Below are positions 34,780 through 39,582 of a stretch of 39,582 nt of DNA, one piece after another. Position 1 is the stretch's first letter. Each line of letters begins with the position of its first letter. Source of the stretch: Nemertoderma westbladi (lineage: Eukaryota; Animalia; Xenacoelomorpha); contig JAUCBJ010001217.1 in NCBI GenBank assembly GCA_032718475.1, positions 1 through 39,582 on the forward strand. Reading direction: 5' to 3'. The notes beneath the pieces are model-generated. The model ran no database searches and had not been told where the DNA came from. It saw nothing but the letters and a program-made list of their open reading frames with translations. A program made the translations under genes and the position numbers.

Positions 34780-37700
34780 TTGTATGACAATGGTGGTTCA
34801 CGTTGCCACTGTCGCGTCTCAAACCCAAGTGTATGTGGAGAATGATGTCCTAGCCTACATTTGGGCAGCTCATATGAAGGGGTTGCCATGGGTGTCCATA
34901 TGTGCTATAGTCGATCCCTGGCCGCGGTTCGCGGAAGCAACCTTAAAGGAGGCGAAGCGGGTTTTGCTCGACTTAATTCCATCTGGTGATAGGCAAAAAC
35001 AAAAACGGAGTTTTTCTAAGTATAGACAAGCAGGTGATAGTATGAGGAAGAATATTGTTACCGATATTCTCGATATAATGGATTATGGTGAGTTCGTTAG
35101 CCTGGACCCCTTTCCAAGATTTATACCGCGAGATATCGAATGCCTACCACCGTTTTCGACGTTGGAGGTAGATCTTGCATTTATCTTAAACCGTATAAGC
35201 ACACTGCTGGATCGGGTTGCAGTTATAGAGGCTGACCAGGATCGTGGTTGTCTCTCCTGTTGTTCCAGCCAGGATCGTAACATGTGTCACTCTATTAGTA
35301 TGGGGGATGCTGCTCTCCCTACTGCGAGTCAGGCTAGTGGGACTGTGGGTTCTCAAACCTGCACTACTTCCACCACCATATCTTCGCTTACATCCAGGGA
35401 TGTAAGTAAACTCGGTGAAATCTCCTAAACCTCCCCCTCATGCATCGTTGTTCAGTGTGGTAGCTCAATCTACGGGAATTCCCGCTTCATCACAAACCAA
35501 TAACATGTCGAACCCGTCCACTATAGATGAGGCTGGGTTTACTAGGGTTGGAGTGGATGGTAAACACCATCCTGTGAAACCGGACCACCGACGTAAAATT
35601 ATACGGACGGAGGTGGGTCAAGCATCTGGATGGGGACCATCAGCTGCCAAGACCCATGGCTGGAGGCACCAGTTGGTAGGTGGCACTAGATCTACGGATA
35701 GAGGTCTTACAATCGAGCTGAGGCATCGGCTTTACATCACAGGGTCCCGGCCGTCGATTACTTCGAGTGATATTATTGAATATATTCGTGATGAGCAGAG
35801 TTTGACAATCGAGTGAGACTTTGCTCCCACTTCTTCTCCCTCGAGGAAATCCATTATAATTGGTTGCAAGGACTCGGAATGTAACCAGCTGCTGAGTCCG
35901 GATGTTTGGCCTTTGTATGCAAAGGTTGGGTTATACTTTCCCCCTCGTGGCAGTCTGGCAGGTTCTCTTACTAACCCAAAGAGTAATTCAGGTACTGGCG
36001 GTGTTGCTGTCGATCAACCTAATGTGCCGAATATTAGTGCGAGTTCCCCAGTTGATGGCATTGTTGTCCTATCTGCGGGCGCAGACACTTAATTTGAGCT
36101 CCACTCAGGGATTTTACGTTTTTACGTTTTATTATGAATTATTTCGATTTTTTTTTATATTTATATATAACAACTTTTTACTCACTTATATAAGTGAAAG
36201 AAAAGTATTATTATTGTTTTTTTTATTTATTTATTAATTATGTCTTGTAATCGTTTTTTGCATATTTTATTATTCTTTTCTATTGTATTTTCTTCTTGTT
36301 TTGTTTCTTTTTTTTTACCATGGTTTCTATCTGTACATATAATTGTAATTCCATTAATAGTCCGGAGTCTCGACTTGTCCTGGATGACATATTCGCCCAG
36401 AACCCGGACCTTATACTTCTTCAAGAGCATTGGCTCACCAAGCAGGATTTGGGATACCTTAATGATTTGAATATTAGCTATATTGGACGAGGAACCTCTC
36501 CGGTGGATCTCTCCAGTGGGCTACTCCGTGGAAGACCCTATGGGGGATTAGTGATTATGTGGAAGCGGTCCATTGCATCAGCCATTGAAGTTGTTTTGTA
36601 TGATGACGAGCGTATTATGGGTTTGGATGTCAACAGACGATGGGAACCGGAATATCTTACTTAATATATATCTATCCCATGAATACCCAGATAATGACAA
36701 ACTGTATGACTGTTATTTAGGGCGAATACATAGTATACTGGAGATGGAACCTACTCCATTTGCTTGCATTGTTGGTGATTTTAATGCTAAGCCAGGTGGG
36801 TCTTTCTTCTCGAAGTGTACCGCTTGGATTGAGGAATTGTCTATGCATATTGTGGATGTTGAGACATTGCCTAGTAATACTTTCACTTTCATTAGTTCTG
36901 CCCATGGGAGTACGTCATGGCAGGACGTTGTTTGTTCAGGGGGGGGGGGGGGGGGGGAGGTTGTGGTCAAAATTTGATAACTTCGAGGTTGGTTACGATT
37001 TATCTATATGTGATCATCTGCCGGTTTACTTTTCGATCAACGTTACTCCCTCCGTATCTGCTGGCCCCCCCACAAATAGGGATCAGTAATTCGGCCGACT
37101 CTGCGGCTCCGTCGTTTCGATGGAACAAAGTAAACTTTGAGTCTCAATCCCGTTATCAGCAGTCTATAGATAATTTCCTTGGTGATAACACGAGCTGTTT
37201 CAATGATCCTATTTTGCGCTGTGATAAGGCTCAGTGCAAGGACCCTAAACATATCTATCACGCCAACCATATGTGTGATGTCATACGGGTCTCGCTGGAA
37301 TCGTCTGCGAGGCAGTTTATTCAACAGAGTAAGCAGGCGAATCCTTCGGGCGCGAAATATAAATCAGTTCCGGGCTGGAATTATATAGTAAAAGCGAATT
37401 ATGACGCTTCTAGGCTCGCTTTCAAATTATGGCGTTCCCAGGGATGTCTGCGTTCTGGTACTCTGTTCCAGGAATATCAGACAAGTAAAGCTAGGTTCAA
37501 GCGATCTATGCGCCTTGCAAAGAAGGAGGAGGAAAGATCGCGAGATGACAGGTTGGCTGAGTCGTTGTGTTCAGCGGATGGTTATTTCTGGTCAAACATT
37601 AGTAAACGGACCAAAAGTTCTACCCTGTTGCCAAACAGGGTTGATAAAGCCAATGGGGAGGCGGAAATTGGCGCGATGTTGAAGGAATACTTTTCTAGCT

Positions 37701-38240
37701 TACTTAATTGTAATAATCCTGACTCTGATAAGGATTTTGTTGACAATTTACTAATAATTCGATTAGGTCAATGATATACTCATTACGAGTAGCGAGGTGG
37801 AAAATGCTATAGGCAGACTCAAGCTTGGTAAAGCAGTTGGACCTGATAAGTTTTCTTCCAAGCATTTTAGATTTGGTTGTACCGATCTGCTATGCAAATA
37901 TATTGCCCGCTTATTTAATTTAATGATATTACACGGTCATTTACCTGATATTTTAATTGAAGCAAATATTATTCCGCTTATTAAGGACAAAACTGGGGAT
38001 GTAACCAGTAAGGACAATTATAGGGGAATCACAATAGTAATATATTTACTAAAGTGTTTGAGGTTGTTGTTTTAAAACGGCTCATCTGGTTTCTCGATAC
38101 TGCTCACAACCAGTTCAGTTATAAGGTAAACTCAGGTACAGAATTTTGTATTTTTGCTTTTAAGGAGACTGTCAATTATTTATCTTGAGAATTATAGCCT
38201 TGTATTCTGCTGTATGTTGGATGCTAGCAAAGCTTTTGAA
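34780..38240 (+). mobile_element. Decayed LINE (ORF1 + APE endonuclease + N-terminal RT), 3'-truncated; RTE-X/Proto2-like by motif impression
   Basis: ORF1 pieces at 34784-35428 (VENDVLAYI) and 35415-35950 (LYITG...PDVWP). ORF2 runs from ~36320: MVSICTYNCNS, ILLQEHWL, GRPYGGL, IVGDFNA, DHLPV, VPGWN, GKAVGPD, NYRGIT, LDASKAF. It has many frameshifts and ends before the YxDD motif. Confidence 0.85.
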
Positions 38241-38353
38241 TGAATGGCAAGGTGGTGGGTGGACTCTGTAGAGTTTTGCAACCAATAAATTATATGCCCG
38301 TTGCTCAACCAACGAAGCTAGCGCCTTCAAATTGATGAAAAATTCAGTAACTA

Positions 38354-38417
38354 ACTTAGGTGAAAAAGTTGAGGTGAATCCTGATACTTAGGTGAAAAAG
38401 TTGAGGTGAATCCTGAT
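38354..38417. repeat. 32-bp perfect tandem duplication
   Basis: ACTTAGGTGAAAAAGTTGAGGTGAATCCTGAT x2. Confidence 0.9.
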
Positions 38418-38533
38418 AACTCAGACTGTAGAAGACTAATAAAACGGATATAATGAATTACCCTTATGTGAAGTACCGTTATGTACCATACTCAACTCAT
38501 TCGTGATGTGAAATTATTGTTGTATCATTGCAG

Positions 38534-38725
38534 ATCGCATGGCGTACCGTACTGTGGGGTTTTGTTCTCCAGTTTCTATTCGGTCTTATCATCATCCGAA
38601 CCGAGCCGGGCTTCGAAGCATTCAAATGGTTGGGCCATAATATTGAAACATTCCTCCGTTACTCCGATGTTGGAACTGCATTTGTCGTTGGCGAATTATT
38701 TGGTAAAAATATATTCATAATTCAG
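38534..38725 (+). CDS. SLC28A3: SLC28/CNT nucleoside transporter exon (Nucleos_tra2_N region); gene continues beyond the window
   Basis: TTGCAG acceptor and CAG|GTGTGT donor. The translation IAWRTVLWGFVLQFLFGLIIIRTEPGFEAFKWLGHNIETFLRYSDVGTAFVVGE is the characteristic CNT motif and continues SKHPNA in phase 0. Confidence 0.92.
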
Positions 38726-38929
38726 GTGTGTTTATTATATTTTTGATTTATTATATTTTATTATGAGTTTCTGAAATGGGTATAAACAAAGAAATTAACA
38801 TGATATCTAAAAATCGGTTTCATATTTTTGGAAACCAAACCTGCTGGCCCATCTATAATTAATTGTTGTCCATATTGTATTGTTGTCCTTATTGTAACCA
38901 TGGCTAATTGCAGCCAAAAAGCATTTATG

Positions 38930-39150
38930 GTCATTTCAAAAAAAGGTATATAATTTCATTTCAAAACATATATTTAATTTAATTTCAGAAATAAAGGTAT
39001 ATAATATAATTTTAGAAAAATTTATATAATTTCATTTCAGAAATATATATATAATTTCATTTCAGTAAAATGTATTTAATTTAATTTCAGATAAATGTAA
39101 ATATTTTCATTTCAAAAATGTATTTAATTTCATTGAACAATTTCAGACAT
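38930..39150. repeat. AT-rich degenerate tandem repeat
   Basis: Recurrent AATTTCATTTCA(G/A)AAA units roughly every 25-30 bp. Confidence 0.75.
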
Positions 39151-39338
39151 CATATTCCTGTGTCCTGTATCGGTGCATTCTTACCCTATCAGTCTTTATA
39201 TTGTCTATATGATACCGATACCGGTTTGGTATCCTAATAATACTGTACGTACCGTACATGACCATAATGATACCTAAATTTATGGTTAAGTATAAGTGCA
39301 ATGCATGGCATTATTGTGAAGATTAAATTATGCCTGGG

Positions 39339-39520
39339 ACCCTCTAAATACCGTATTGAAGCTTCATATTTGATTTATATTTTATTTGTGTATTATTGAC
39401 CAGACCCTTATTACCTGAACTTGTGACCTGACCCATTGACCAGACCCTCTAAATACCGTATTGAAGCTTTATATTTCATTTATATTTTAATTGTGTAGTA
39501 TTGACCAGACCCTTATTACC
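39339..39520. repeat. ~104-bp-period direct duplication
   Basis: GACCCTCTAAATACCGTATTGAAGCTT...ATTGACCAGACCCTTATTACC occurs twice. Confidence 0.85.
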
Positions 39521-39582
39521 ACAATTAAGTAACCTGCATAATCTTGTAACAAGTGTTTACTTTCATTTATTGTTTTGGTCCC

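Overview
AT-rich eukaryotic (metazoan, probably invertebrate) genomic DNA; no prokaryotic operon or CRISPR array. It opens with a ~5.2 kb 21-bp satellite (232-5470). It then contains three in-phase exons of a concentrative nucleoside transporter gene (SLC28/CNT family, + strand: 11093-11480, 13734-14065, 38534-38725). The 24.5 kb intron between the last two exons is a stack of nested mobile DNA. The main structure is a 17 kb non-coding Transib/RAG-like transposon (15967-32995). Both its ends carry the V(D)J RSS heptamer CACAGTG, a second conserved block lies 12 vs 21 nt inside, and it has an exact 5-bp TSD (CGTTT). Inside it are a Penelope-like element with an inverted pseudo-LTR, a decayed BEL/Pao LTR element in a poly-C tract, a 909-aa EN-RT LINE ORF and inverted 10-bp satellite arms. 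Elsewhere there is a tRNA-derived (Pol III) head fused directly to a minimal type I hammerhead ribozyme (6759-6860, -), an RTE-like LINE fragment with a 76-bp target duplication, other decayed LINEs and several MITEs. All calls come from reading the sequence; no database searches were run.
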